This document shows positions 30,578-40,018 of a stretch of 64,000 nucleotides of DNA, piece by piece; position 1 is the stretch's first letter, and each line of letters opens with the position of its first letter. Source of the stretch: an uncultured virus (IMG/VR IMGVR_UViG_3300042881_004014). Its lineage: Duplodnaviria > Heunggongvirae > Uroviricota > Caudoviricetes. The notes under the pieces were generated by a model. That model was not told the DNA's origin, did not search any database, and was given only the letters and a program-made list of their open reading frames with translations. Both the position numbers and the translations under genes were made by a program. Location of the stretch: IMG/VR virus record IMGVR_UViG_3300042881_004014; one strand, 5' to 3'.

Positions 30578-30609
30578 CAAAGATACAAAATTAATTTGGT
30601 ATTTCCAAA
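30578..30609 (-). promoter_or_regulatory. Bacteroidota-type housekeeping promoter for glycosylation cassette
   Basis: Minus strand TTTG-N20-TATCTTTG matches the -33/-7 TTTG/TAnnTTTG consensus. Confidence 0.75.
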
Positions 30610-30616
30610 TTATTTA

Positions 30617-30889
30617 TTAATAAACTACCGTCCCAGCTTCTAAATCAATTTGTCCATTTGGATATTTAATATCCAATTCAGCAAGTTCGGTATTCATATC
30701 AGCAATAGATTTATCGATTCTATTACCAAATTCTTTTTCTTGAGATTCAATATCTGCAATTTGAGATTGTAATTGTCTTTTACGAACAGCCGATTGTCCC
30801 AATGCAATAATCATATTGTTTTGTTCTTCTTGAATTGATTTTAATTTATCAATTACCGATTGTTCTAATTGTTCAGTTTTTTGTTCCAT
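30617..30889 (-). CDS. Coiled-coil hypothetical protein (paralogue of 25744..26070)
   Basis: 90 aa; ends KYPNGQIDLEAGTVVY. Confidence 0.75.
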   Translation of the reverse strand: MEQKTEQLEQSVIDKLKSIQEEQNNMIIALGQSAVRKRQLQSQIADIESQEKEFGNRIDKSIADMNTELAELDIKYPNGQIDLEAGTVVY

Positions 30890-30944
30890 AATTATTGTGT
30901 TTGTATATTCATATATAAGTATATACTTTTTTATTTAAACGAAA

Positions 30945-31331
30945 TTATTCAGGTTGTATTGGGTAAATATATGGAGTTGTATTTGTAATATCTCGTAATG
31001 CTTGTCTATAAGTTGCCCACTCCAATTTCTTTTCAGCTGATAGTGGTGAATCATTAAATTGAGTCCAATCGGATTCAGATAATAGATTATTTCGTTTCAG
31101 TCTAACCGTAAATAAATCCCGTTCAGCTTGTTCATCATTAGTAAGTGGGTTTTTAGTATGTACACTATTTACATATTTACATCGAGTACTAATTGCCTCT
31201 TGCCACTCATCATAGGTGAGTTCAATTCGATTTTCCGTAGGAATATACTTAATATCCCAAACATCAGTTGGGTAAAATCCAGTGTAATTCCCATCAGAAT
31301 CGTATGTTGCAAAAATTTGTCTTTCAGTCAT
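30945..31331 (-). CDS. Tail fibre assembly chaperone
   Basis: RNNLLSESDWTQFNDSPL...EWATYRQALRDIT; directly downstream of the large fibre gene. Confidence 0.85.
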   Translation of the reverse strand: MTERQIFATYDSDGNYTGFYPTDVWDIKYIPTENRIELTYDEWQEAISTRCKYVNSVHTKNPLTNDEQAERDLFTVRLKRNNLLSESDWTQFNDSPLSAEKKLEWATYRQALRDITNTTPYIYPIQPE

Positions 31332-31357
31332 AATTTAATTTTAATTAATATAATATA

Positions 31358-34300
31358 TTATCCCGTTGGAAGATTACCAATAGCTATCCAATACCCATCA
31401 ACACTATCTAATACTAAACTAACACCAGATGTGGTAAGGTTATATATATGATTATATCCATTTGAACCATTTGAACTTCTATAAGATGCACAAGTTACAA
31501 CCGGTGGTGAACCAAATGTTACAGGGAATGTTACGTTAGCAGAACTATTTATTCTTCCCCATTGTATAATACTACCATCTGATAATTTTTGGTAATTATT
31601 TGTAGACATTGAACTAGCAACCGTATTTGTTTGGTGTTGGTTTCCTAATCCAATAAGGTTATCGGTATAAGTATATGCAAACCTATTTGATGAGTTACCA
31701 ATATTGTACAATGAATCAGATTCAGGTATAATATCACCCTTTGAATTAATAGCTGTTGAGGTATCAACCCCAAGACCAACTGTTTTTTCAAAATATGATA
31801 TACCACCGGCTGCTTTAAGTACTTCTTGATTAGCTGAACCTGCTGGTTTTCTTGGTATTCTAACATAGGTATCAGGTGTTGATACTACTTGAATACCACC
31901 GGCTTTAATCTCAACGAAATTGGATGGAACAGATACATTTAATATAGTATCGTATGTTGGTGTATTTGCTAAAGTTGGCCCAACAGTATGTGATTGGTAT
32001 GTAAATGAATATGAATTAATACTGGAACCAATATTTGCTCTTTGACCCGAATACCCATAAAATCTAATTGAATATCTAAATCTAATATTACCAGTAGATG
32101 TTAGATTCATTGAGCGCGTTACACCAGTTTGGGCAGAAACATTATTTTGATAACCACTTATAGTGTTGGTTGAAATATATGTCCAAGTACCATCATTATG
32201 TGATATAATATCATCTGAAACATAGTTATGAACTCCAGGTACAGAAAATGTATATACCCATTCATCGGTTTTAATAATTTCAACACTATCAACTAATACC
32301 AATTTAATACCATTACCATCTTTGATGTTAATCATACTTTTACCAGCAACTAATTCAACAGTCTTTATTTGTTTATTATCGTTTAACCAAAATCCATGCG
32401 AATCAGATACTCTAATAGTTTTACCACCGGCTGATACTTTGTAAACTTTATCAACTTTTCTCTTTTTAATTTTAGCTATTTCAAATTCACTAAATTTGTT
32501 TACTTCAGTATTATCTAATTTATCATTCCAACTCCATGCTATTATTTTTTCACCTTCAACAACATCTTTAGCAAGAATAGTTTCACCAGATGATAATATA
32601 ATTTTAGTATCACCAGTTACGGATACAAAACTTTCAAGTTTTACGTTGTGGGTTAATATACCATTAACATAATAAGTATGCTTACCAGATACTCTAATGT
32701 TATAAACATCATCGGTTTTCTCATTTATAGTTATTGATGTTATCTCAACTTCTTCATTTTCTGAATTTAGGAATATATCTCCAACATTTATTTTATCAGT
32801 TGTTTTAATACACCAAACACCATTTTGTTTAATAATATGTTTGTGTGAGTGTGTACATTCAATTAATCCATTATTTATATTGTAAATTTCATTATCAGCA
32901 TATGATTTGATATCCAACACCTCTTCAATTGTTTTTTCGGAATCGGATATATGGGTTGCAGTCCAATCATTTTCTTCGGAATATTTTGGTGTTAATGAAT
33001 CAATATCTAATGATTTAATAAAATCACCAATTTGAATATCTTTAATTTGTTTGAATGAACCATCACCCATTTCAATTAGTGATGTTCCAACTAAACACGT
33101 TCCACCTCCCCCTTCTTCTATATATTCTCCGGTATAATAATTACCAGCATTATATGAACTAACAGCTGCGGCTGTTCCAAGTAAAGTTCTACCCACAACA
33201 ACACCAGTAGAAATATTAACTGCTTCTAAATTTAATTCTGCGTATGCAACAGATGGTGATGAATACCCACCATGGAATTGCCCATTGAATGTAGGTAAAT
33301 ACGATGGGTATGATGTGGTATGACTAACTCCTGCTGGAATTGATACAGATACGGCTGGTATATTTAGTGCAACTTCAAGTGCTCCTGCTGCTGTAACATT
33401 ATATGAACCCGTTGATGGTAATGATACCATATAACTCGAATAAACAAAATTGGCATTAGATGTATTTGTTGTTACCGATTGTGGTGTTGGATATACAACC
33501 CCCGAACCCGTAAACTGAAAGTATTTAACATCACCTGTGGTTGTTGTTAATTCATTTGAAGGTGATATAATTACCTTTTTTTCACTACCAGTATAAAATT
33601 GTAATTCAGGTAAAGATGGGTCAAATATTATTTCACTATTATCATCACGTAAATTACCACTATCAGCATCAATAATCCAATCTCCGATTCTACCATCAGT
33701 TGCGTTAATACTACCAGATAAACCTGCATTATTAGCGTTTACATTTCCATTAGCATCAACAGTAAAATTATATCTAATTGGATTTGAACCAGAAATTATT
33801 CCTATGTTAATAGCTCCTCCATTTATTTCAGAACCATTAATTGTTGAACCTTGAACGTTTCCTGAGAAATTAACACCATCACCCGTATAGTTCAAATATG
33901 CACCATCTTTACTTCGTAATGAGAATAACGGGTCATCTGACCCAGATGGAAATCCTAAAAATACACCAACCTCATCAAAACTTTGACTTAATTGCCCCAT
34001 TGAAAGGTATGGTTTATCGGATTGATTTAATGTTGAACCTGATGTTGATAATCGCAATCCCTCACCAGAAATTATTCTAAATTCACGACTACCCGCTGAT
34101 AATGAACCTTGTGTATATGTGTAATCACCATTGGTATTGGGATAATAATAAGAGGCACTTGCGGCGGAATTAAATTTAATTGTTTGACCATATGGATTTG
34201 ATGCTGATAGAAATAATCGAGTTTCATCTTCAGAAATTCCATAAATTTTCATTGCAGGGAAATTCAAAACATTACCAATACCCAATACAGCTACATCAAA

Positions 34301-37300
34301 TGCTTTTATAATATGAGATTTTAAATCACTTGGTACTTCTGGATATGCACTTTCAGGTTGGTCATAAAGTAATTCTTGTATAAAATCATAATATGATAAT
34401 GGAAAATCACCAGTTTGCCTTACTTCTAAATAATTTGCACCAGATGGCCATGCAATATATGAGTCTAAAGAAGAAGATACGACTTGCAGTGATGATGTTG
34501 TGTGGAATGCAATTTGATAAGATGAACTATCTGCATATAATCCATTTGATAAAAATAATTTTGAATTACCAATTTCACTATTACTTGCACTATTACTTGC
34601 GCTTAATATTCTATGATTCGTAGTAAGTGTACCAAATACCGTTAAAAGTGCAGAACCACTACCATCAAATGGATTAGGTCCTTTAAGTGCTCTATTTGCT
34701 CCAAAACCTACTAGATTATTCAACCCAGCATATACATCATTATGTAGAGATGCTGTTACTTCCGTATTATATTGATATCCAACGGGGAATGTAGTTGGGA
34801 AGTAGATACCAGATGGGTCAATTATCCATCCACCAAATTTACCAGCAGATGCTGATACAATACCAGATACATTTAATTCATTTCCATCCCAACGTAAGTG
34901 TCTTGTACCATCACCATTTTCAATTGATAATAATCCAGTTGTTCCAGCAGTTCCAGTAGGTCCACCATCTTCAGTTACACCAATATAAACTCCCTTTTGT
35001 CCATAACCTTGAATTGATTGTCCGATTGATATATATGGTTCACTATCTCCACCATAAATTGTAATTTGTGGATTAACATCATATGAAGTTGCTGGTGAAC
35101 CTACATTAATTGTATTTTTAATAAATGATTCTTCGAAGATACCAATCTTAGCTGCTACAAAGAAATCTTCTTCTCCTAACTCTTCCCAATAATCAGTTTG
35201 AGTATTAGGTTGTTTGGCGCCAATTAAAGTATATCCAGAGGGTACAGTATCAATTGATTGAGTATATAATCCAGAAACAGTATTTGATAAATAAGTATGA
35301 GGACCCGATGGTAATTTAGTTGCGTAATACATCTCAGGTGTACCATCTCCATTCTTATCAAATAAAACTGCATCTCTCCTTTTCTGATTTAAATCAAAAA
35401 GATAATTAGTTGAACCACTCCACTCTCCTCTAAATACAACACCAGGACCAGTTGCTCCTTCAAATACTGTTGTTAATGATTGTGATAAGAAATAAGTTGC
35501 TCTACCATTTTCTATATCAACTTTATAAACAATTGTAGCTGCTTTATTATCTTGTGGATTTGCCCAAGTTTGAATTGGTGCCACCGTAGCAGGACTTCCT
35601 GTTGGTCGATTTGTTTGAGTTATAAATCCGGGTTTACTATATAATGATGCTGAGAATTCTCCCAATGTACCAATAACATTACCAATTAAATCTAATGTTT
35701 CCTCAGAGTAAGTACTAACATGCGTTAATTCAGTAGTTCCTTTAAATGCTCTAATTTGTGTACCAGTACCAGTTAACGTTGTACTTCCATCAGTTTCAAC
35801 TAATACAGCAGTTGCTGGATTTGTTAATGAAACTTGATAGTTATCAGCTCCCGCTTTTATACCAGTAATAGTTACTTCAGATGTAGCAATTACCCCAGAG
35901 GTAGTATTACCATCTCTAATTTGAACTTGCCATGTTGCATTTTCGCCAGGAGATGTAGCATCACCGGAACCAATTTCAAATACATTATCAGTACTAATTG
36001 TACTATAAGCAAATCCATCTTTAAAATATTGGTAATAAGTTTGAGATGCGGTAACATTAAATGCAGTTGCCGTTAAAAATATTGAATCTAAGGGAGAAGT
36101 TACTACACCATCTCCATCAAAATTAACTACTAATGATGATGCAGCCAAACTAACCGAACGAGCATTTACTCCTTCTTTTTGTTTTGTAAAAGATTGTGTA
36201 CGAGTTACATATTGTGAACCAGTTACAATACCATTTGTAATTGAAAATGGTCTTATTAAAATTGAATAATCAATACTAGCTGAATCATCCGTCATATTAC
36301 TCATTGATACAAATAACATTGTATCATTTAACCCATTATCAGTTGTTTCCGTTTTTGATGCAGTTAATAAACCAACAGTAATATTATTTACCGAAATAGA
36401 TGCGGTAAATGTTCCTGGTAATTCTTGTGAATTAAACTCTAAATATTCATCACCTTGCTTAACTTTTAAAGTTGTGTTTGTTGTTGTGTAATCATATACA
36501 CCACCATTTTCATCAGCAGATAACGCGAGTATTGTTGGGGCTAATTCAATATTGATTGCAGCTGCCCCATCAACACTTTTTTGGAATTGTTGAAAGAAAC
36601 TTTGTGTATAATAAGATGCGGTATAGAATGGATGAATTTCTAATTTATATTCAACACTAGCGGTTAAATCAGTCATATTGCTAAATCCACTTATACTCAT
36701 AGATGCATCTCCCATTATTTCATCAAAGGTAGAATATTGAATTCCTTTTGTAATAATAGATGCAGTTGTAAATGTACCCGGTTTTTTACTACTTGTAAAT
36801 ATAAGTGGTAAGAATCCCTGCGTTATAGTAATATCCGTAGCTGCTGTTTCATAACTAAATACTCTACCTCTTTGGTCAGCATTTAAAGTTATTGGATTTG
36901 GATTAATTTTTACTACAATTGCATCATCACCCGGGTCTCCATCGGGTACAGATACGAATGTTTTATCAATACTAATAGATGCTGATGTATAATCTTCTAA
37001 ATAAGTAAATTTAGTACTTAATTGTTTTGTTTGAACTGCTTCATAAAATGGAATACCATTTTGACCGGGAATACCACTATTAATTATATTATTATCAAAA
37101 TCCGTTACCTCAACACTAATTCTTCTATCAAATGTACCGGTAACATAAAACATATAGTAATATGGTTCAATTGTTTCCGGGTCAACAGACATCGATGGGA
37201 ATATATTCAATGTACCACTTATAGGTGCTTCGTTTGTTCCTCTCAAATAGAATGAACCAGTTACTCTACCAATATTTGGAGTAAACTCTCTTTCGGTTCT

Positions 37301-39727
37301 TGATTTAATACCAAATTGTTCGGTATCGATTGGTATAAATCCAGATGCTAAACCATCTTGTAAATCGGTTAGGATAATTGAAGTTAAAATATCATTTTGA
37401 GTTGGACCATCCATAAGGAAAACCGTCAACTCCCCATCAATAGAATCTCTATTAAATGTTGCGTTATAATTCAACTCACCACTACCAGTTGTACCAGCTT
37501 TTAATCCTCTAATAAATCCACTACTACTTGCTTCAGATAATAGATAATATGATGATGTTGGTTGTCCTAATGGTGTTAATGATGATGATAATACTCTTAA
37601 CTTTGCATCGGAGAATCCAATTTGTGGTAATCCATTTTTTAATATAATTTCATTTGTACCATCAATACGAATAGCTTGTAGTTCTAAATCGTTATCAGAA
37701 CTATTCTTTATAAATGTTCCTCTATAAGGTCTAATTTCAAAGTTTACACCACCCTTACCATCAGCAACTCTTGTAATTACAACTTCATCAGTTACTCCTT
37801 CTACTTCTCCAGTAAATCTGATATATTGTACAGTGATATCATTTCTAGAACCAGTAAAATTAGAAACGTTTAATGTTGGAGTAAGTGTGTTTATATTATT
37901 TAATAAACCCGGATATCTTCCACCAATATATTCAGATGGTAATATATAATCACCAAACTCATCATAGGCACCAGACGTATATGTGATTGAACCAGTTATT
38001 ACACTTGTTTCAACATTAAATATAATTGTAGTTGGTGGTAATGGATTAGCAGGTGCAGATGCGGAATCAAACGCAAAATATAATTGATTTGGTGTAATTG
38101 TAAGACTCTTATTATAAAGATTCAAATTACCACCATCAAATGTTTTTGTTTTTTCTACTGCTACTGGAATGTAATTATTGTTAATATCGTAGAATTCAAA
38201 ACGATAATCAAATGTTTCTTTTTGTAATGTTTTTGGTACAGTTTGTACAAATGTTATTTCATCAGGTGAAAATGAAGTTTCTTGCGATGCTTTAAAACTA
38301 ATATCACTTATATACCAATCACTTCCCTTAACTTCAAAATATAATCTAGCATTATCAAAATCATTAGCTATAATATTTTCACTTAAGTTTACTTTTTGTA
38401 ATACTGAAGTTGATGAATCAATTGTAGTAATTGTTTGAGATGTAGGTGTTCCATTTAATGAACCACTTAAAAATACTTTAATAAAATCACCAGTTGTATT
38501 TTGTGATTTTCTTGCATTTAAATTTAATGTATATTCAACACCTTGTTGGATACTTAAACTTTGAGTTGTATAAAAATACGTTCCCGCATTTGAATTTATT
38601 TTGGCCGAATTAAATAAGAAATCTCTATTAAATTCAACCGAAACTGCATTTGATGAGGTTAACCAATAATTATCTAACCTAATATCAGTTAAATTACCAT
38701 AGTATTCTTCAGTAGCAGTTACAGTTTCAATATCTCTTAATAATTCATTAGATTCTAATTGTAAATCTTGAACAAATTCATAATCAGTAAGATTTGATTG
38801 AGAACGTCTAAATACTTTAACTCTTGCCGCATCACCAACGAATGTTTTCATATCGGTGATATTGATTTTTGCAAATGAACCAGTAAGTGCAGTTGCTAAA
38901 TCAGAAACCCCCTCCAAATAATTGAATGTTACTGAGTAGTTTTGATTTGTAAATGATTTTACAATACCATTTTGAGAATATGGTGTAGTTACTATAATTT
39001 CAGTATCGCTTACAATATCATCAATTATACTACTATAATTTAAGCTATCTACCGTAATAGTTTGACCAACAACAGACCCTGTCCAATTATCACCACTAGC
39101 TACATTTAATCTGTATGATGTTGGTAATGTGAATCCCGTTAATTTTGCGTTTTCATTTGGTACTAAAGGAACACCATTAACAGTACCTGTCTTAGTTATT
39201 GCTAATGAATTATTATTAAAAATTGGTTTATTTATTTCAGTAATCTCAACTTGAGGTCTACGATAAAATCTAACTCTATCTTCATTGGCAAGGTTTTTAT
39301 TAACTTGAAAAGTTCTTTCCCATTTAACATTATATGCACCCTTCCATTCAGCAGGAATATCTCTTGTTACACCATTGTCAACATATTGATTAAGTTCACC
39401 TAATACAGTAACTTTACCTAATCCAATTGGAGTATCTTCATAAATGTAAACTGCTATTAGTTTGGAAATTCCTTCATAATATTCAGGTATACCATTTCCA
39501 GGTTCGTAATAGATAGGGTCACCATTAACATCTAATATTTCAATTTTGATTTCAGTAGATGGTTGCAAGTATTGCGAACCTTCAATTAGGAATCCATTTT
39601 TACCACCTGTAAACGTATCATTAAATTCAGTAATTCTGAAATAATCCGAATTTGGGTTATTATCTATTACAAATGTACCAAATGATGATAAATTTTGTTC
39701 TGGTGAATATTTTTTAATTCTAGCCAT
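31358..39727 (-). CDS. Large tail fibre/host-specificity protein with tandem Hint domains
   Basis: 2789 aa; repeated Ig-like DGxxG..I.L.P modules, two GxIGGW/GDW.I motifs, C-terminal YQKLSDGSIIQWG..VTFPVTF tip domain; followed by fibre chaperone. Confidence 0.85.
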   Translation of the reverse strand: MARIKKYSPEQNLSSFGTFVIDNNPNSDYFRITEFNDTFTGGKNGFLIEGSQYLQPSTEIKIEILDVNGDPIYYEPGNGIPEYYEGISKLIAVYIYEDTPIGLGKVTVLGELNQYVDNGVTRDIPAEWKGAYNVKWERTFQVNKNLANEDRVRFYRRPQVEITEINKPIFNNNSLAITKTGTVNGVPLVPNENAKLTGFTLPTSYRLNVASGDNWTGSVVGQTITVDSLNYSSIIDDIVSDTEIIVTTPYSQNGIVKSFTNQNYSVTFNYLEGVSDLATALTGSFAKINITDMKTFVGDAARVKVFRRSQSNLTDYEFVQDLQLESNELLRDIETVTATEEYYGNLTDIRLDNYWLTSSNAVSVEFNRDFLFNSAKINSNAGTYFYTTQSLSIQQGVEYTLNLNARKSQNTTGDFIKVFLSGSLNGTPTSQTITTIDSSTSVLQKVNLSENIIANDFDNARLYFEVKGSDWYISDISFKASQETSFSPDEITFVQTVPKTLQKETFDYRFEFYDINNNYIPVAVEKTKTFDGGNLNLYNKSLTITPNQLYFAFDSASAPANPLPPTTIIFNVETSVITGSITYTSGAYDEFGDYILPSEYIGGRYPGLLNNINTLTPTLNVSNFTGSRNDITVQYIRFTGEVEGVTDEVVITRVADGKGGVNFEIRPYRGTFIKNSSDNDLELQAIRIDGTNEIILKNGLPQIGFSDAKLRVLSSSLTPLGQPTSSYYLLSEASSSGFIRGLKAGTTGSGELNYNATFNRDSIDGELTVFLMDGPTQNDILTSIILTDLQDGLASGFIPIDTEQFGIKSRTEREFTPNIGRVTGSFYLRGTNEAPISGTLNIFPSMSVDPETIEPYYYMFYVTGTFDRRISVEVTDFDNNIINSGIPGQNGIPFYEAVQTKQLSTKFTYLEDYTSASISIDKTFVSVPDGDPGDDAIVVKINPNPITLNADQRGRVFSYETAATDITITQGFLPLIFTSSKKPGTFTTASIITKGIQYSTFDEIMGDASMSISGFSNMTDLTASVEYKLEIHPFYTASYYTQSFFQQFQKSVDGAAAINIELAPTILALSADENGGVYDYTTTNTTLKVKQGDEYLEFNSQELPGTFTASISVNNITVGLLTASKTETTDNGLNDTMLFVSMSNMTDDSASIDYSILIRPFSITNGIVTGSQYVTRTQSFTKQKEGVNARSVSLAASSLVVNFDGDGVVTSPLDSIFLTATAFNVTASQTYYQYFKDGFAYSTISTDNVFEIGSGDATSPGENATWQVQIRDGNTTSGVIATSEVTITGIKAGADNYQVSLTNPATAVLVETDGSTTLTGTGTQIRAFKGTTELTHVSTYSEETLDLIGNVIGTLGEFSASLYSKPGFITQTNRPTGSPATVAPIQTWANPQDNKAATIVYKVDIENGRATYFLSQSLTTVFEGATGPGVVFRGEWSGSTNYLFDLNQKRRDAVLFDKNGDGTPEMYYATKLPSGPHTYLSNTVSGLYTQSIDTVPSGYTLIGAKQPNTQTDYWEELGEEDFFVAAKIGIFEESFIKNTINVGSPATSYDVNPQITIYGGDSEPYISIGQSIQGYGQKGVYIGVTEDGGPTGTAGTTGLLSIENGDGTRHLRWDGNELNVSGIVSASAGKFGGWIIDPSGIYFPTTFPVGYQYNTEVTASLHNDVYAGLNNLVGFGANRALKGPNPFDGSGSALLTVFGTLTTNHRILSASNSASNSEIGNSKLFLSNGLYADSSSYQIAFHTTSSLQVVSSSLDSYIAWPSGANYLEVRQTGDFPLSYYDFIQELLYDQPESAYPEVPSDLKSHIIKAFDVAVLGIGNVLNFPAMKIYGISEDETRLFLSASNPYGQTIKFNSAASASYYYPNTNGDYTYTQGSLSAGSREFRIISGEGLRLSTSGSTLNQSDKPYLSMGQLSQSFDEVGVFLGFPSGSDDPLFSLRSKDGAYLNYTGDGVNFSGNVQGSTINGSEINGGAINIGIISGSNPIRYNFTVDANGNVNANNAGLSGSINATDGRIGDWIIDADSGNLRDDNSEIIFDPSLPELQFYTGSEKKVIISPSNELTTTTGDVKYFQFTGSGVVYPTPQSVTTNTSNANFVYSSYMVSLPSTGSYNVTAAGALEVALNIPAVSVSIPAGVSHTTSYPSYLPTFNGQFHGGYSSPSVAYAELNLEAVNISTGVVVGRTLLGTAAAVSSYNAGNYYTGEYIEEGGGGTCLVGTSLIEMGDGSFKQIKDIQIGDFIKSLDIDSLTPKYSEENDWTATHISDSEKTIEEVLDIKSYADNEIYNINNGLIECTHSHKHIIKQNGVWCIKTTDKINVGDIFLNSENEEVEITSITINEKTDDVYNIRVSGKHTYYVNGILTHNVKLESFVSVTGDTKIILSSGETILAKDVVEGEKIIAWSWNDKLDNTEVNKFSEFEIAKIKKRKVDKVYKVSAGGKTIRVSDSHGFWLNDNKQIKTVELVAGKSMINIKDGNGIKLVLVDSVEIIKTDEWVYTFSVPGVHNYVSDDIISHNDGTWTYISTNTISGYQNNVSAQTGVTRSMNLTSTGNIRFRYSIRFYGYSGQRANIGSSINSYSFTYQSHTVGPTLANTPTYDTILNVSVPSNFVEIKAGGIQVVSTPDTYVRIPRKPAGSANQEVLKAAGGISYFEKTVGLGVDTSTAINSKGDIIPESDSLYNIGNSSNRFAYTYTDNLIGLGNQHQTNTVASSMSTNNYQKLSDGSIIQWGRINSSANVTFPVTFGSPPVVTCASYRSSNGSNGYNHIYNLTTSGVSLVLDSVDGYWIAIGNLPTG
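32195..32623 (-). other. Hint (intein-like) domain 2, 143 aa, no endonuclease
   Basis: SVTGDTKIILSSG..AKDVVEGE, block B RVSDSH, VYTFSVPGVHNYVSDDIISHN; +1 residue Asp. Confidence 0.88.
32645..33097 (-). other. Hint (intein-like) domain 1, 151 aa, no endonuclease
   Basis: CLVGTSLIEMGDG.KQIKDIQIGD, block B ECTHSH, VYNIRV..HTYYVNGILTHN; +1 residue Val. Confidence 0.9.
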
Positions 39728-39793
39728 TTAACTAAGATTTCTTTGTTGTTTCTCTTTATAAGTATTTGTATTTTTTAAATATACATACTTATT

Positions 39794-39820
39794 CTAAAGA
39801 AAACTAAAGAGTTCTAAAGA
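39794..39820 (+). repeat. Three CTAAAGA direct repeats at 10-bp spacing (candidate operator)
   Basis: CTAAAGA at 39794, 39804 and 39814, between promoter motif ATACTTAT (39785-39792) and the RHH gene. Confidence 0.7.
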
Positions 39821-39844
39821 ATGGTTAGTTTAATACGATAAATT

Positions 39845-40018
39845 ATGAATAAGAAATATGCTATGTTACAAATTGATGCTGAGGTTCATCAATTGTTAAA
39901 AGATTTTTGTAAAGATAAGGGTTATAAAATGAATGGGTTGGTTGAGAGTCTAATTAAAGATAAAGTATCCCCATTTAAAACTCAACAACCAACCAATATT
40001 TTAAGAACTAGAACTTAA
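39845..40018 (+). CDS. Ribbon-helix-helix DNA-binding protein (below ORF-track cutoff)
   Basis: MNKKYAMLQIDAEVHQLLKDFCKDKGYKMNGLVESLIKDKVSPFKTQQPTNILRTRT, 57 aa; strand-helix-G-helix pattern; fills an intergenic gap and has its own promoter motif. Confidence 0.75.
   Translation: MNKKYAMLQIDAEVHQLLKDFCKDKGYKMNGLVESLIKDKVSPFKTQQPTNILRTRT

Noticed and set aside
31358..32190. Diversity-generating retroelement target at the fibre tip
   Set aside because: No reverse transcriptase or template repeat visible in this window; cannot exclude one elsewhere
32195..33097. Calling the Hint domains mobile inteins
   Set aside because: No homing endonuclease and no Cys/Ser/Thr at either +1 position
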